A DNA stretch of 64,000 nt from Candidatus Acidiferrales bacterium (GTDB lineage Bacteria > Acidobacteriota > Terriglobia > Acidiferrales > UBA7541), in NCBI GenBank assembly GCA_035308165.1, contig DATGHC010000021.1, positions 769-64,768 of the forward strand, given 5' to 3'. Position 1 is the first letter of the stretch, and every line of letters starts with the position of its first letter. Of the stretch, positions 1 to 11,643 are shown piece by piece. The notes under the pieces are model-generated. The model was not told where the DNA came from and ran no database searches. It saw only the letters and a program-made list of their open reading frames with translations. Both the position numbers and the translations under genes were made by a program.

Positions 1-1906
1 TGCGAATGGCGAAGAAACTTTCCGCTGCGGGGGCTTGCGCGACGGGCCGGTAAATCACCGCTTCCGGAAGCGTGTTGGTCCAATCGTAAAGAACATCGCC
101 GGTGACGCCGACAATTTCCAGCCACGGAGCGGAAGAATCCGGGCGGCCAACTTTTATTCTTTTGCCGATCACGTTTTCGTGCGGCCAATAGCGTTCCGCA
201 AGTCTCTGACTGACGAGTGCCACAGGTTGGGACCCCTGACGGTCGTTGGTAGTGAACGCGCGGCCCGCTGCCATGGGTACGTGCATCGTGTTTGTGAAAT
301 CCGGAGAGATGGCCTGGGTCACGGCCCAGGGAGAATGCTCCAAGTCCGGCGAGGGCTTGCCTTCCATTTGAAAATAATCGAAAACCGTGCCGTTGTTGCT
401 GAGTGGAAATGTGGTGAGCGCGGTGACGGATTGCGCTCCGGGAATCGCCGCGAAACGGTCCAGTGTGTCCCGGTAAAATCGAGCGCGGGCGGGGTCATCG
501 GCGTAGCGCGTTGCCGGAAGATTTACAGCCAGAATCAGGACATGATCCGGATCGAATGGATCGCCCGAGTGCAGCAGTTCACGGAAACCGCCGACGAACA
601 AACTTGCCAGAACCAACAAAACCATGGCCACACAGATTTGCGCGATCACGAAAATACTGCGCAATCGCTGGCGCGATGAGCCGGATGTCGCGCCGCGGCC
701 GCTTTCCTTGAGGGCTTCATTCAAGTCCGGGCGCGAAGTTCCGAGCGCGGGCATCGATCCGGCCAGCACTCCGCTCACCAGCGCGATCGCCAGTGTGAAT
801 GCCAGGGCCTGGCTATCCAATCCGATCCTGTCCCAGCCGGGAATTAGCCGCGTGATATCTGCTGGCATGGACCGCAACAGTAAATTCAGGCAGAACCCGG
901 CGAACAACATGCTGGCCATCCCGCCGCTCAACGCCAGCACAACATTCTCAGCGAGCAACATCCGCACCACTCGCCAGCGGCTTGCTCCCAGCGCGGCGCG
1001 GACAGCAATTTCGCGCTTGCGCACGCTGCCCCGGGCCAGTTGCAAATTGGCGACGTTGGCGCAGACGATCAGGAGGACCACACCGACCATGGCAAGAAGG
1101 ATGACCATTGCACGGATCAGGATTGTGCCTTCAACAAATTCCGCAAGCGGCATTACATGTGTGCGGCGGTCTTTGTTGGTTGCAGGGTAGGCTTGCTCCA
1201 GTTGGCGGCCGATGGTGGACATTTCCGCTTCCGCTTGCGCCAGAGTGACTCCTGGCTTCATCCGTCCGAACACTTTCAAATCCCTTACCGCCCGGTCGGA
1301 TTTCTGTTGTGAAGTCAGCGCCAGTGGAGTCCAGATGTCAGTGGGCGCGGGGAAATTCAAATCGCCGGCCATGACTCCGATGATGGTGAAGGGCCGGCCA
1401 TCAAGATTTACAGACTGGCCGAGAATGTCAGAGGCGGCTCCAAAGCGGCGTTGCCACAAACCGTAGCTGATCAGAGCCACTTGATCGTGGCCCAACTGAT
1501 CTTCGCCTTCAACGAAGGTGCGGCCCAGCGAGGGTTTCACTTCCAATAAATCAAAAAAGTTCGCCGTGACTTGCGCACCGAACACTCGCTCCGGTTCCGC
1601 GGTCCCGGTTAAATTTACGTTGCTTTGTTGATACGCGGCCAGATCATCGAAGGAATGATTTTGTGCTTTCCAATCGAAATAATCGGCGGTGGCCGCGGGG
1701 GCCTTTTGCCCAATGGCCACCGCTGCAAGCCTGTTGAGATTGGAGAATGGCAAAGGCCGAATGAGAAAAGCGTTTGCAACGCTGAAGATGGCGGTGTTGG
1801 CGCCGATACCGAGAGCCAGCGTCAGGACGGCGATGGCCGTGAAACCGGGATTCTTGAACAGCATCCGAACGCCGAATCTCAGGTCTTGGAATACGCCTCG
1901 GAACAT
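1..1906 (-). CDS. ADOP-type (duplicated FtsX/MacB-like) ABC efflux permease, paralog P1, subtype A; 3' end cut by window edge
   Basis: Absent from the ORF track because there is no stop in the window. ATG on the complement at 1906-1904 gives [42 protein letters not shown], the same N-terminus as the six complete paralogs. Hand translation of 1021-1080 gives [18 protein letters not shown], of about 821-880 gives [19 protein letters not shown], and of 2-61 gives [20 protein letters not shown]. An in-frame stop would have produced a listed shorter ORF, and none is listed. Confidence 0.85.
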   Translation of the reverse strand, partial: MFRGVFQDLRFGVRMLFKNPGFTAIAVLTLALGIGANTAIFSVANAFLIRPLPFSNLNRLAAVAIGQKAPAATADYFDWKAQNHSFDDLAAYQQSNVNLTGTAEPERVFGAQVTANFFDLLEVKPSLGRTFVEGEDQLGHDQVALISYGLWQRRFGAASDILGQSVNLDGRPFTIIGVMAGDLNFPAPTDIWTPLALTSQQKSDRAVRDLKVFGRMKPGVTLAQAEAEMSTIGRQLEQAYPATNKDRRTHVMPLAEFVEGTILIRAMVILLAMVGVVLLIVCANVANLQLARGSVRKREIAVRAALGASRWRVVRMLLAENVVLALSGGMASMLFAGFCLNLLLRSMPADITRLIPGWDRIGLDSQALAFTLAIALVSGVLAGSMPALGTSRPDLNEALKESGRGATSGSSRQRLRSIFVIAQICVAMVLLVLASLFVGGFRELLHSGDPFDPDHVLILAVNLPATRYADDPARARFYRDTLDRFAAIPGAQSVTALTTFPLSNNGTVFDYFQMEGKPSPDLEHSPWAVTQAISPDFTNTMHVPMAAGRAFTTNDRQGSQPVALVSQRLAERYWPHENVIGKRIKVGRPDSSAPWLEIVGVTGDVLYDWTNTLPEAVIYRPVAQAPAAESFFAIR

Positions 1907-1987
1907 TGATCTTCACCCCCAGCGTCAGGTACGAAGAAACGGCGATTCAAGTTCAAATGGACGGGCCACTCCCCTCGAAAACATACG

Positions 1988-2016
1988 AATAGAAGAGCAA
2001 GTCTTCGGCCTGTCAA
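1988..2016 (-). promoter_or_regulatory. candidate sigma70-like promoter in front of P1
   Basis: Complement strand reads TTGACA (2016-2011), a 17-nt spacer, then TCTATT (1993-1988). It lies about 80 nt upstream of the P1 ATG, inside the 273-nt gap that follows the ATPase gene. This is a consensus match only. Confidence 0.25.
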
Positions 2017-2179
2017 TCTACCTGTATCTGATTGTATTAAAAGGCTTTAACCGTAGCAGAGTGACCGGCAAGTGGCGGTAATGCCCGATTATGGGACGGC
2101 CTGTCGCGAAAATGGATTCGTAGAATTGGCGCACCGAGCCAGCGATCCGCAACGCACTGCAAAGTGGCTCAGTGAAACC

Positions 2180-2881
2180 TCAGGCCGAGGTGGCCACCGG
2201 TCGAGTTTCGTCCACCACCCAACCGTCTTTCAAGTTAATGATTCGCTGGCCGTAGGTGGCGTTTCTCTCCGAGTGGGTAACCTGAATAATCGTGGTGCCG
2301 GCATCGTTCAAGCGCTTGAAGAGCTGCATGATTTCGTCGCCCTGGCCGGAATGGAGATTGCCGGTTGGTTCATCCGCAAGGATGAGTTTGGGGCTCATGA
2401 CCACCGCGCGCGCCACAGCGACAAGCTGTTGCTGGCCGCCGGAAAGTTGATTGGGGTAGAGATCTTTCTTCCCGACGATATTGAAGCGGTCGAGGATGTC
2501 GCAGACCAGGCTGGTGCGCTCGCCGCGCGGAACGTTTTTGTAAGAAAGGGGAATTTCGAGATTCTCGAAGACGGTGAGGTTGTCAATCAAGTGATAGCTC
2601 TGAAATACGAAGCCGATGTAGCGCTTGTGAAGCTCATTGCGTTGCTTGATGCTGAGCTTGTGGACGGGTTGTTCCACGAAGTTGTATTCGCCGGTCCATG
2701 CGCCGTCGAGCATGCCAATAATGCTCAGCAGCGTGGACTTGCCGGCGCCGGAAGGGCCCATGATGGTGACGAACTCGCCCGGATGGATGTCCAGGTTGAT
2801 GCGCCGCAGAACGAAAAATTTCCCCGCGGCAATGTCGTAAGACTTTTCAATATTGCGCAACTGAATGAGCGGCTCCGGCAT
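2180..2881 (-). CDS. ABC transporter ATP-binding protein (MacB/LolD-type, soluble), ATPase-1
   Basis: 233-aa ORF with an ATG start. Walker [10 protein letters not shown], signature LSGGQQQ, Walker [10 protein letters not shown]-loop VTHS. No TM domain. Confidence 0.95.
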   Translation of the reverse strand: MPEPLIQLRNIEKSYDIAAGKFFVLRRINLDIHPGEFVTIMGPSGAGKSTLLSIIGMLDGAWTGEYNFVEQPVHKLSIKQRNELHKRYIGFVFQSYHLIDNLTVFENLEIPLSYKNVPRGERTSLVCDILDRFNIVGKKDLYPNQLSGGQQQLVAVARAVVMSPKLILADEPTGNLHSGQGDEIMQLFKRLNDAGTTIIQVTHSERNATYGQRIINLKDGWVVDETRPVATSA

Positions 2882-2991
2882 AAACTCTCTCCTTGAACGT
2901 TCGCACTTTCGCCTGGGATCCCGGCGCTGAGGACGCTTTCACTCGGCCGACTATTCTACTCGTCTATTCTATTTTACTCGCTTCCGTGACT

Positions 2992-5412
2992 TTACTCACT
3001 TCTCAGGGCGATTACCGGGTCCACGCGCATGGCGCGCCGCGCGGGGAGGTAACAGGCAACCAGCGCGACCAAGGTCAGCAGAACCGGCACACTAAGATAC
3101 GTGAGGAGGTCGGTGGACGTCACCTGGAAAAGCAGCGATTGAATGAGTTGGCTCAGTGAATAAGCGCCGGCCAGACCGATGCCGATTCCCAAAAGCAGCA
3201 AGGCCATGCCGGTGCGGAGGACCAGGCGCATGACGTCACGAGGCTGAGCGCCCAAGGCGATCCGAATTCCGATTTCCTGAGTACGCTGGGTCACCATGTA
3301 GGACATAACGCCGTAGATGCCGACTGCGGCCAGCATGAGGGCGAGTCCGGCAAATGCGCTGAGCAGAAAAACAGAAAATCGTCGGGGAGCGACGTTGTCA
3401 TCCACGTAGGAAGATAATTCCCGCGTCTGCGATAGCGGCAGATCCGGGTCAATCGATTTCATGATTTCGCGGACTGCCGGAAAAATTGTGGCCGCGTCGC
3501 CGGGCGCGCGAATCACCAGGGTCCCGCCGGACCTCGGGCGCATGGCGTACGGCACAATCATTTCTTCGCGGGAGGGTTGGTCCACACCGTAATTCTTGAC
3601 GTGGGCGATCACTCCAACGACCGTTGACCATAGCGGTTTTTCCGCGGTTCCATCCACAGCGATACGCTTCCCCAGGGGATTTTCACCGGGCCATGCGATT
3701 TGCGCCATCAAGCTGTCCACGATGCAGACGCGCTCGGATTTTTCGTCATCGTACCTGGTAAAAAATCTTCCCTGCACCAGGTGGGCGCCCATGGCACGCA
3801 ATGCGTCGGGCGTCGCCACGGTAATGTCCACTGAGGGCATCTGTCCGGGATCTGTGATGCGTTTGCCTTCGATGGCGTAAGAAGTCTGGTTTCCGCCAAG
3901 CAGTGGGTTCATGAAACCCGCGGCCTGGACTCCGGGGACGGCGGAAATCTTGTCGACCAATTGTTGGGCGAATTGCCGCTGCTTGGCCAAGTCCTTGTAC
4001 GTCGAATCCGGCAAGGTTATTGCCGCGGTCAGTACGCCACTGGCGTCGAAACCTGTATCGGCAACCAGGACGCGATAGAGGCTCTTGATGGTGAGCCCCG
4101 CGCACACCAGCAGAATCATGGAGAAGGCTACTTCCGCGACGACCAGTGCGGCACGAACGCGCTTCCGCCCGGCACTGGCGCTTCCGCCGCGGCCACCCTC
4201 CTTCATGGACTCATGGACGTCGGTGCGGGAAACTTGCCAAGCAGGAAAGATGCCGAAGAAAAATCCGGTGAACAGCGACAAACCCAAAGTGTAAGCCAAC
4301 ACCAAACCATTTACCGAGACACCATCAATTCGAGGAACGTTGGAGGGGGCGGCCGAAGCGAGAGCGCCGGTCGCAAACCAGGCGATGCCCAAGCCCAACG
4401 TGCCGCCGGCGAGCGCCAGCAAAATACTCTCCGTCAACAATTGACGAACCAGCCGGGGGCGGCCCGCGCCGAGCGCGGTGCGAATGGCCATTTCGCGATG
4501 GCGCTCGGAAGCGCGCGCGAGCGTCAAGTTGGCTACGTTGGCGCAGGCAATCAGCAGGACAATTCCAACGGCGGCAAGCAAAAGCAGCAAGGACGGGCGG
4601 ACATCACCCACGATGGCGTTCAGCAGGGAGTCCACGGTCACGCTGTGCTCAGAGTTTGAGTTGGGGTATTGCTTGGCGAGCCGGGCGGCAATGGTCTTCA
4701 TTTCCGAGTTGGCTTGCGCCAGCGTCACGCCGGGCTTCAATCGTGCAATGGCGTAAATACCGGGATGCTCATCGCGATGACCCGGACCGCCCAGGGTGTC
4801 CTCATGGCGCCAGAGCGAACTGAAAAGGGAATAATCCCTCCAGGAACCGTGAAACTTGGTATTCGGAACAACTCCGATCACCGTGTAAATCTCTCCGTCC
4901 AAAATCAGTTTCTTGCCGAGGACGTTCGGATCCCGTGCAAATTTTCCGGCCCAGTATCCGTCGCTGAGCAATACCACCGGGGCCGCGCCCACTTTGTCGT
5001 CGTCTGGAGTGAGCCCGCGCCCGAGGACAGGCTGGACTCCCAGGGTTGGAAGGAGGTCCGCGGTGATTTGTCGCATGCGCAGACGCTCGGCCTCTCCTTG
5101 GCCGGTCAGAACCACGGGCTGAAAGTTATAAGGCGCCATGCTCTCAAACACAGTGTTCATGGAGCGCCAATCGTTGAAGTTGGCCATGGAGATACTCATG
5201 TCGGGAATCTGCGGGGAAGATTCCGAGAGAAAGACCAGGCGGTCGGGCTGCTTGTAAGGAAGCGGGCGAAGAAGCACGGCATCCACTACGCTGAAAATGG
5301 CGGTGTTGGCGCCGACGCCGAGAGCCAGTGTGAGTACGGCAATGAGGGTAAAGGCCGGCCTCTTCGCCAGGACCCTAAGACCGTATCGAACGTCCTGCAA
5401 AAATGAGTTCAA
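2992..5412 (-). CDS. ADOP-type duplicated FtsX permease, paralog P2, subtype B
   Basis: 806 aa. TTG start preceded by GAGGTG. N-terminus [41 protein letters not shown]. Two FtsX-like blocks ([33 protein letters not shown] and [26 protein letters not shown]), each after a large non-hydrophobic domain. C-terminus [19 protein letters not shown]. Confidence 0.93.
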   Translation of the reverse strand: MNSFLQDVRYGLRVLAKRPAFTLIAVLTLALGVGANTAIFSVVDAVLLRPLPYKQPDRLVFLSESSPQIPDMSISMANFNDWRSMNTVFESMAPYNFQPVVLTGQGEAERLRMRQITADLLPTLGVQPVLGRGLTPDDDKVGAAPVVLLSDGYWAGKFARDPNVLGKKLILDGEIYTVIGVVPNTKFHGSWRDYSLFSSLWRHEDTLGGPGHRDEHPGIYAIARLKPGVTLAQANSEMKTIAARLAKQYPNSNSEHSVTVDSLLNAIVGDVRPSLLLLLAAVGIVLLIACANVANLTLARASERHREMAIRTALGAGRPRLVRQLLTESILLALAGGTLGLGIAWFATGALASAAPSNVPRIDGVSVNGLVLAYTLGLSLFTGFFFGIFPAWQVSRTDVHESMKEGGRGGSASAGRKRVRAALVVAEVAFSMILLVCAGLTIKSLYRVLVADTGFDASGVLTAAITLPDSTYKDLAKQRQFAQQLVDKISAVPGVQAAGFMNPLLGGNQTSYAIEGKRITDPGQMPSVDITVATPDALRAMGAHLVQGRFFTRYDDEKSERVCIVDSLMAQIAWPGENPLGKRIAVDGTAEKPLWSTVVGVIAHVKNYGVDQPSREEMIVPYAMRPRSGGTLVIRAPGDAATIFPAVREIMKSIDPDLPLSQTRELSSYVDDNVAPRRFSVFLLSAFAGLALMLAAVGIYGVMSYMVTQRTQEIGIRIALGAQPRDVMRLVLRTGMALLLLGIGIGLAGAYSLSQLIQSLLFQVTSTDLLTYLSVPVLLTLVALVACYLPARRAMRVDPVIALRSE

Positions 5413-5509
5413 ATGCCACCTCGTTTTACTGCCAGGAATGAGCGACGGGCTCGCTTCGTCGACCTATACAAGTAATAACGCACCCCAAGGGGTTGATGTT
5501 CCAGCATTT

Positions 5510-7957
5510 CTACTCGTGGCGGAGGGCGTTCAGCGGGTCAACACGCATGGCGCGGCGAGCGGGAATCCAGCAGGCGACAAAAGCAACTGCGACGAGGACC
5601 AATGAGACTTCGAGAAGGGTCAGCGGGTCCAGCGGGCCGATGCCAGTGAGGTAACTTCCGAGCAATGGCGCAAGCCAGAAGGACAGGGGAATGCCAATAG
5701 CTATACCGGCGGCAGTTAGGATCATGCCGCGCCCGACGGTGAGCCTCAGCACATTGCCCGGAAGAGCGCCCAGGGCCATACGAATTCCGATTTCGTGAGT
5801 GGATTCCGCGACGGAATAAGACATGACGCCGTAAACTCCCAGCGCGGAAAGCGCCAGTGCCAATACACCGAGTGCCGCCATCATCGCCGCGACATAGGCT
5901 ATGTTGATGGTGGATTCCCGGATGATTTGCTCCATCGGTTTTATGTCCATCAGAGGCTGTTCGGGATCCACGGAAAAGACCGCGGACCTGATCGCCGAAA
6001 CATAGGACTCCGGCCTGCCGGAAGTCCTCACCAGCAAAGACGAATAAGTGCGCGCAAATTGGTGATAAGGGCTGTAAATCATGAATCCCTTTTCAGGGTT
6101 CTGCCAATTCATGGTCACATCCGAAACGACACCAACGATCGTCAGCCAGGGAGGTCTGGTATCTTCCGCGGCGCCAAATTTCACGCGATGGCCAATCGGA
6201 TTGTCATTGGCCCAGTAGGCCCGGGCGAGACTGGCGCTGATCAAGGCGACCCGTTGGGCCCCGGCTGTGTCTTGATCCGTAAACTCACGGCCACGAATCA
6301 GCGGAATGCCCAGGAGTTGGAAATAATTCGCGCTCACACTTTCCGACGTGGCGTTCTGCGCATCCGCCGAATCGGTCCACGGATGGCCTTCAATGCTGAA
6401 AACATGCATTGAGTGGCCCACGGCATAAGGGAGGGAAGTTGTCGCGGCCGCACCTTGAATACCGGGAAGCGCCGAAATCCGGGTCAGTACCTGATCGAAG
6501 AATCCCGAAATCTGGTCGGGTTTGCTGTAGCGCTCGCCCGGAAGGTTAATTACCATGGTCAGCAGCGACTCCGGCCGAAGATTTCGATGAGCATTCGTTA
6601 AGTGATCGAAGGCGCGTACCAACAATCCACCGCCACCAAGAAGAATCACTGCAAGTGCAACTTGAAGGACCACCAGGAGGCTGCGCAGCTTTTGACGTAT
6701 TCGGCCGGCGGAATTCGACCTGCCGCCTTCTTTAAGCGTGTCGGTCAGGCCAAAGCGAGTTGTGACAATCGCGGGCAACAAGCCGGCCAGTAACCCGGCA
6801 ATAGCAGCCGCGCAGATGGCAAATGCCAGCGCCCTGAAATCCACGTGGACCTTGTCCCATCCGGCGATGGTCTTGCCGACGTCGGAAGGCATGTTGAGAA
6901 GGACAAGACGAACCGTCCATTGAGCGAAGATCAAACCGAGTGCCGCCCCGCCGAGGGCAATGAGTCCACTTTCCGTGAGCAATTGACGAATGACACGCCA
7001 GCGGCTGGCGCCCAGAGCTGAACGGATGGCGATTTCCTTCATGCGGCCCGATCCCCGCACAAATTGTAAGTTGGCAATATTCGCGCAGATGAGCAAAAGA
7101 ACGAATCCAACCGCGAGGAGAAGAAGGAGTGTGTAATTGTGCGCGTCGGTGCCGATGGAAAACAATCGCACGGGAGTCACCAACACGTGCCAGCCGCGCA
7201 GTGTAGAGGGATACGCGTCGCCCAGGCGGGATTCAATCCCATTGATTTCCGCGTTCGCGCTTCCCACAGAGACTCCGGAATTCAATTTGCCCATCGCGAA
7301 CATGGCGCGCCAGTCCCTGCGGGCCCAAAGGGGAGGATCGAGAGCCAGGGGCATCCAGAGATCGGCGGCGATGGGAAATCGAAATGATTCCGGCATTACG
7401 CCGATGACGGTAACCGGAGCGCCATCCACATGAATTGTTTGGCCGATTATTTGGGGATCGCCACCGAAGCGGCTGACCCACAGCGCGTGGCTTAAAACAA
7501 TTACCTTGTCTTCGCCGGGCTTATTTTCTTGGGGAAGAATAGTCCGCCCCAGAAGCGGCTGAACGCCGCAAATCGAAAAAAAGTCGGACATCACCCGATA
7601 TCCCTGGGCTTTTTCAGGAGTCCCTTCGCCCGTGAGACTCACCGAATCCCACATCCACAGTGTCATTGCACCCATGGACTTGGATTGCTGCTGCCAGTCG
7701 AGGAAATTGGCGGGTGCTACACCAATGTAATCATCACCCGACTGGCCCGGTGCCTGCTCTCCCAGAATAATCAGGCGCTCCGATTCTGGAATGGGGAGCG
7801 GTTTGAGAAGGAGCGCGTCGGCAACACTGAAGATGGCCGTGTTCGCGCCGATGCCCAAACCCAAAGCGAGCACGGCGATGGCCGTGAATGCCGGGGCTTT
7901 CAGCAAAGAGCGAAAGCCGTAGCGAATGTCGCGGGCCAGGGTTCCCATGGGCGGCAT
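5510..7957 (-). CDS. ADOP-type duplicated FtsX permease, paralog P3, subtype A
   Basis: 815 aa with the same architecture. N-terminus (MPP)[41 protein letters not shown], subtype motif [17 protein letters not shown]-terminus [18 protein letters not shown]. The second ATG at 7948 fits the paralog N-termini better. Confidence 0.93.
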   Translation of the reverse strand: MPPMGTLARDIRYGFRSLLKAPAFTAIAVLALGLGIGANTAIFSVADALLLKPLPIPESERLIILGEQAPGQSGDDYIGVAPANFLDWQQQSKSMGAMTLWMWDSVSLTGEGTPEKAQGYRVMSDFFSICGVQPLLGRTILPQENKPGEDKVIVLSHALWVSRFGGDPQIIGQTIHVDGAPVTVIGVMPESFRFPIAADLWMPLALDPPLWARRDWRAMFAMGKLNSGVSVGSANAEINGIESRLGDAYPSTLRGWHVLVTPVRLFSIGTDAHNYTLLLLLAVGFVLLLICANIANLQFVRGSGRMKEIAIRSALGASRWRVIRQLLTESGLIALGGAALGLIFAQWTVRLVLLNMPSDVGKTIAGWDKVHVDFRALAFAICAAAIAGLLAGLLPAIVTTRFGLTDTLKEGGRSNSAGRIRQKLRSLLVVLQVALAVILLGGGGLLVRAFDHLTNAHRNLRPESLLTMVINLPGERYSKPDQISGFFDQVLTRISALPGIQGAAATTSLPYAVGHSMHVFSIEGHPWTDSADAQNATSESVSANYFQLLGIPLIRGREFTDQDTAGAQRVALISASLARAYWANDNPIGHRVKFGAAEDTRPPWLTIVGVVSDVTMNWQNPEKGFMIYSPYHQFARTYSSLLVRTSGRPESYVSAIRSAVFSVDPEQPLMDIKPMEQIIRESTINIAYVAAMMAALGVLALALSALGVYGVMSYSVAESTHEIGIRMALGALPGNVLRLTVGRGMILTAAGIAIGIPLSFWLAPLLGSYLTGIGPLDPLTLLEVSLVLVAVAFVACWIPARRAMRVDPLNALRHE

Positions 7958-8022
7958 ATTACTCTATGTGCCATCCCATAGGTAAGCTTTCGGGAGGTGG
8001 GAGGTTTATGGGCTTGAAAGGA

Positions 8023-10464
8023 CTATTCGTACCGCAGTGCGATCATAGGATCCACACGCGTGGCGCGGCGCGCCGGAAACCAGCACGCCGCAAGTACAAC
8101 GGCGACAATCGTCAGCGTAATACCGCCAAATGTGGCCGGGTCGGTCGCGCCAATGCCGACGATAAGGTTCCTTAACCACCACGCTCCTCCGAGCGCCAAG
8201 ATGATCCCGATGGTGAGCCCGATGGTGGTCAAGAGCAATCCTTTGCCGATGATTAAACGCAGCACGTCGCCCGGCTGCGCGCCAAAAGCCATGCGTACGC
8301 CGATTTCGTAGGTGCGTTCGGTGACAACGAAGGCCATCACGCCAAACACTCCTACGGCCGCAAGCACCAGCGCCATCGCGCCGATGACGCCCATCATCAC
8401 GGCAACATAGGCCAAACCGATCACGTTGTTGTTAATGACTTTGCGCATAGACATGATCTCGAACGCGGGCTCCTCGGGGTCCACAGAGGCGACCGCCGCC
8501 TGTGCGGACTTGCCAAGGGACATGGGATCTCCCAGAGAACGGATAGCAAATGTCCCGTAAGTTTTCTCGAACTGGCGGTAAGACCTGTAAATTCCGTAGG
8601 GAGGTGTTTTCTGAAACGGATCCATTTTCACGTCTCCCACAACTCCCACGATGGTTGTCCAGGGACTATTGTTGGTCGTGTCGGCGGAAGTCCCCAGCTT
8701 TATGCGGTGTCCGATGGAGTCGCCCGCGGGCCAAAACTTCCGATCGATGCTCTGGCTGATGACCACGACCAGTTGCGAGTCCTTGGTGTCTTCATCGGTG
8801 AGTTCGCGGCCGCGAATCAGTGGAATGTGCGCAAGCTTGATGTAGTTGGGGCTGGAGACGATGGCGGTAATGGTTGGTATTTCACTGGCATCGCGCCATG
8901 GCCGACCTTCAATTGAAAATTGCCCAGTGGCTCCTCCATTGCCGTAGGGCAACCAGGTGGTCATCGCGGCGCCCTGCACGCCGGGAAGTGCGGCTAGGCG
9001 CTCGAGCGCCTGATCAAAAAATAAGCGCTGTTGCTCCGGCTTTCCGTACCGAATGTCGGGAAGATTCACGCGCATGCTGAGCAGAGTATCGGGCTGAAAT
9101 TCTTCGTTTACGTTCAACAGAGTGCGGAAGCCGCGAACAAACAATCCGGAACCGGCCAGCAGAATCGCGGCAAGCGCAATCTGCGCAATCACCAGGCAAT
9201 CACGCAAGAGGTGATGTCCGCGGGAACTTGAACTCGAGCGCCCGCCTTCCTTGAGCGTTTCGTTTACATCCAGCCGGGAGCCCTGGAAGGCGGGAAGAAC
9301 TCCGGCAATAATTCCGGCGATCACTCCAGCGAGTAAGGTAAAAACCAATGCGCGGCCGTCGAGCCGAATCTGATCCCAACCCGGAATGTATTTGGCAACT
9401 TCGGGCGGCATGTTGGCCACAATCAGGCTGATGGCCCACTTGGCGAAAGCCAAACTGAAAATCGCACCGGCGATGGCCACCAGCACGCTTTCCGTGAGCA
9501 ACTGGCGCACCAGCCGCCAGCGGCTTCCTCCGAGGGCGACGCGGATGGCCATTTCCTTATTTCGGCTGGCGCCGCGCACAAATTGAAGATTGGCAACGTT
9601 GGCGCATACAATCAGCAGAACCAGGCCAACTGCGCCGAACAACATCAAAGTGTATTGGACTGTTTCGTCGCCCAATTCAAATCTGCGGATGGACACGGCA
9701 CGCGCGCCCCAACCTCGATTGGTGGCCGGATACGCGGCAGCCAGACGCTGCGCAATGGCGCGCATTTCGATGTCCGCGGTTTGCACCGTCACACCGGGCT
9801 TAAGTTTTCCCAGGCCCAGCAAATCATGCGCTTTGCGGTCTTGCCAGGCCTTGGGCTCAAGGGCCAGCGGCATCCAGATTTCCGTGGTCATTGGAAAATC
9901 AAAACTGCTGGGCATGACTCCGATTACGATGTGAGGCTTGCCGTCAACGTGCAGCTCCTGGCCAATGACGCTGGGATCGCCGCCGAATCGCCGCTGCCAA
10001 AGGCGATAGCTCAACACGACGACGCCATCGTGCCCCGGTTGATCTTCTCCAGGAAGAAATGTGCGGCCATAAAGAGGCTGGGCGCTGCAAAGCGTAAAAA
10101 AATTTGCGGTCGGGCGATCGGCCTGAACTTTTTCCGGCAGGCCAATGCCGGTCAGATTCACTTCCTCGTCGTCAAATGCGCCCAAGGGCTCGAAAGATTT
10201 GGCCTGCTCTCTAAAATCGGCGAAGTTAGCCGCGGAAATGCTATTGATGTCCGTGATCTGGCCCGGCGACAATTCCCCAACGATCACCAGATGCTCGGGG
10301 TCGGGAATGTTGAGCGGCTTCAGGAGGAAAGCATCCGCAAGACTGAAAATTGCCGTGTTGGCTCCGATGCCCAGCGCCAGCGCGACGATGGCCAGACCTG
10401 TAAACCACGGTGACTTCAGGAGTGTGCGAAAGCCGAACCGGATGTCCTGCAAGAGAATTCCCAT
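8023..10464 (-). CDS. ADOP-type duplicated FtsX permease, paralog P4, subtype A
   Basis: 813 aa. ATG preceded by [46 protein letters not shown], subtype motif IPGWDQIRLDGRALVF, C-terminus [18 protein letters not shown]. Confidence 0.94.
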   Translation of the reverse strand: MGILLQDIRFGFRTLLKSPWFTGLAIVALALGIGANTAIFSLADAFLLKPLNIPDPEHLVIVGELSPGQITDINSISAANFADFREQAKSFEPLGAFDDEEVNLTGIGLPEKVQADRPTANFFTLCSAQPLYGRTFLPGEDQPGHDGVVVLSYRLWQRRFGGDPSVIGQELHVDGKPHIVIGVMPSSFDFPMTTEIWMPLALEPKAWQDRKAHDLLGLGKLKPGVTVQTADIEMRAIAQRLAAAYPATNRGWGARAVSIRRFELGDETVQYTLMLFGAVGLVLLIVCANVANLQFVRGASRNKEMAIRVALGGSRWRLVRQLLTESVLVAIAGAIFSLAFAKWAISLIVANMPPEVAKYIPGWDQIRLDGRALVFTLLAGVIAGIIAGVLPAFQGSRLDVNETLKEGGRSSSSSRGHHLLRDCLVIAQIALAAILLAGSGLFVRGFRTLLNVNEEFQPDTLLSMRVNLPDIRYGKPEQQRLFFDQALERLAALPGVQGAAMTTWLPYGNGGATGQFSIEGRPWRDASEIPTITAIVSSPNYIKLAHIPLIRGRELTDEDTKDSQLVVVISQSIDRKFWPAGDSIGHRIKLGTSADTTNNSPWTTIVGVVGDVKMDPFQKTPPYGIYRSYRQFEKTYGTFAIRSLGDPMSLGKSAQAAVASVDPEEPAFEIMSMRKVINNNVIGLAYVAVMMGVIGAMALVLAAVGVFGVMAFVVTERTYEIGVRMAFGAQPGDVLRLIIGKGLLLTTIGLTIGIILALGGAWWLRNLIVGIGATDPATFGGITLTIVAVVLAACWFPARRATRVDPMIALRYE

Positions 10465-10733
10465 TATTTCCTCCGGAATGGCCGCGATAACAAGCCGCCG
10501 GCGTCACTACCTGTAGTAACGCACAGTTGGAGGTAAATGTTCATTCGACGAAGCGCTTGATGTCGAGGCGGTAATCGGCGGACAGGTGAATGGATCTCGA
10601 TACTCCAAGAGGGAGGCAAGAGCCTGAATGATGGAATGGCGCAGACGGCGGGCGAAGAGAACCTTCGCTCCCGAAGCCGCCGGCACGACCGCCAAGTGCG
10701 TGCCGGCGAGACGCCAACCGAAACAACAAGGAG

Positions 10734-11456
<723 letters not shown>

Positions 11457-11643
11457 TTGGCGTTGCTCTCCTTGTTGTAATCCATCGAAACTCTTTGGTT
11501 ATCCACCCGTCCCGAGGAGCGTAGCTTATCAAGATATACCCTATATACGCAGGTCGGGAGCGCCCTGTTCCCACTTTTCGTACAATTTCATCTTCTCCCC
11601 CGGATCAAAATAAGCAGATGCCAGCCCTCAATTGGCCGTTGCC

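Noticed and set aside
9583-10413. Long plus-strand ORFs inside the permease genes (for example 9583-10413, 15716-16636, 13321-13920, 18340-18846, 5795-6412, 3961-4659, 4669-5406, 624-1190).
   Set aside because: Each lies wholly antisense to a strongly supported minus-strand gene. They are rich in Arg/Gly/His/Gln with no motifs. This is typical of shadow ORFs in GC-rich DNA.
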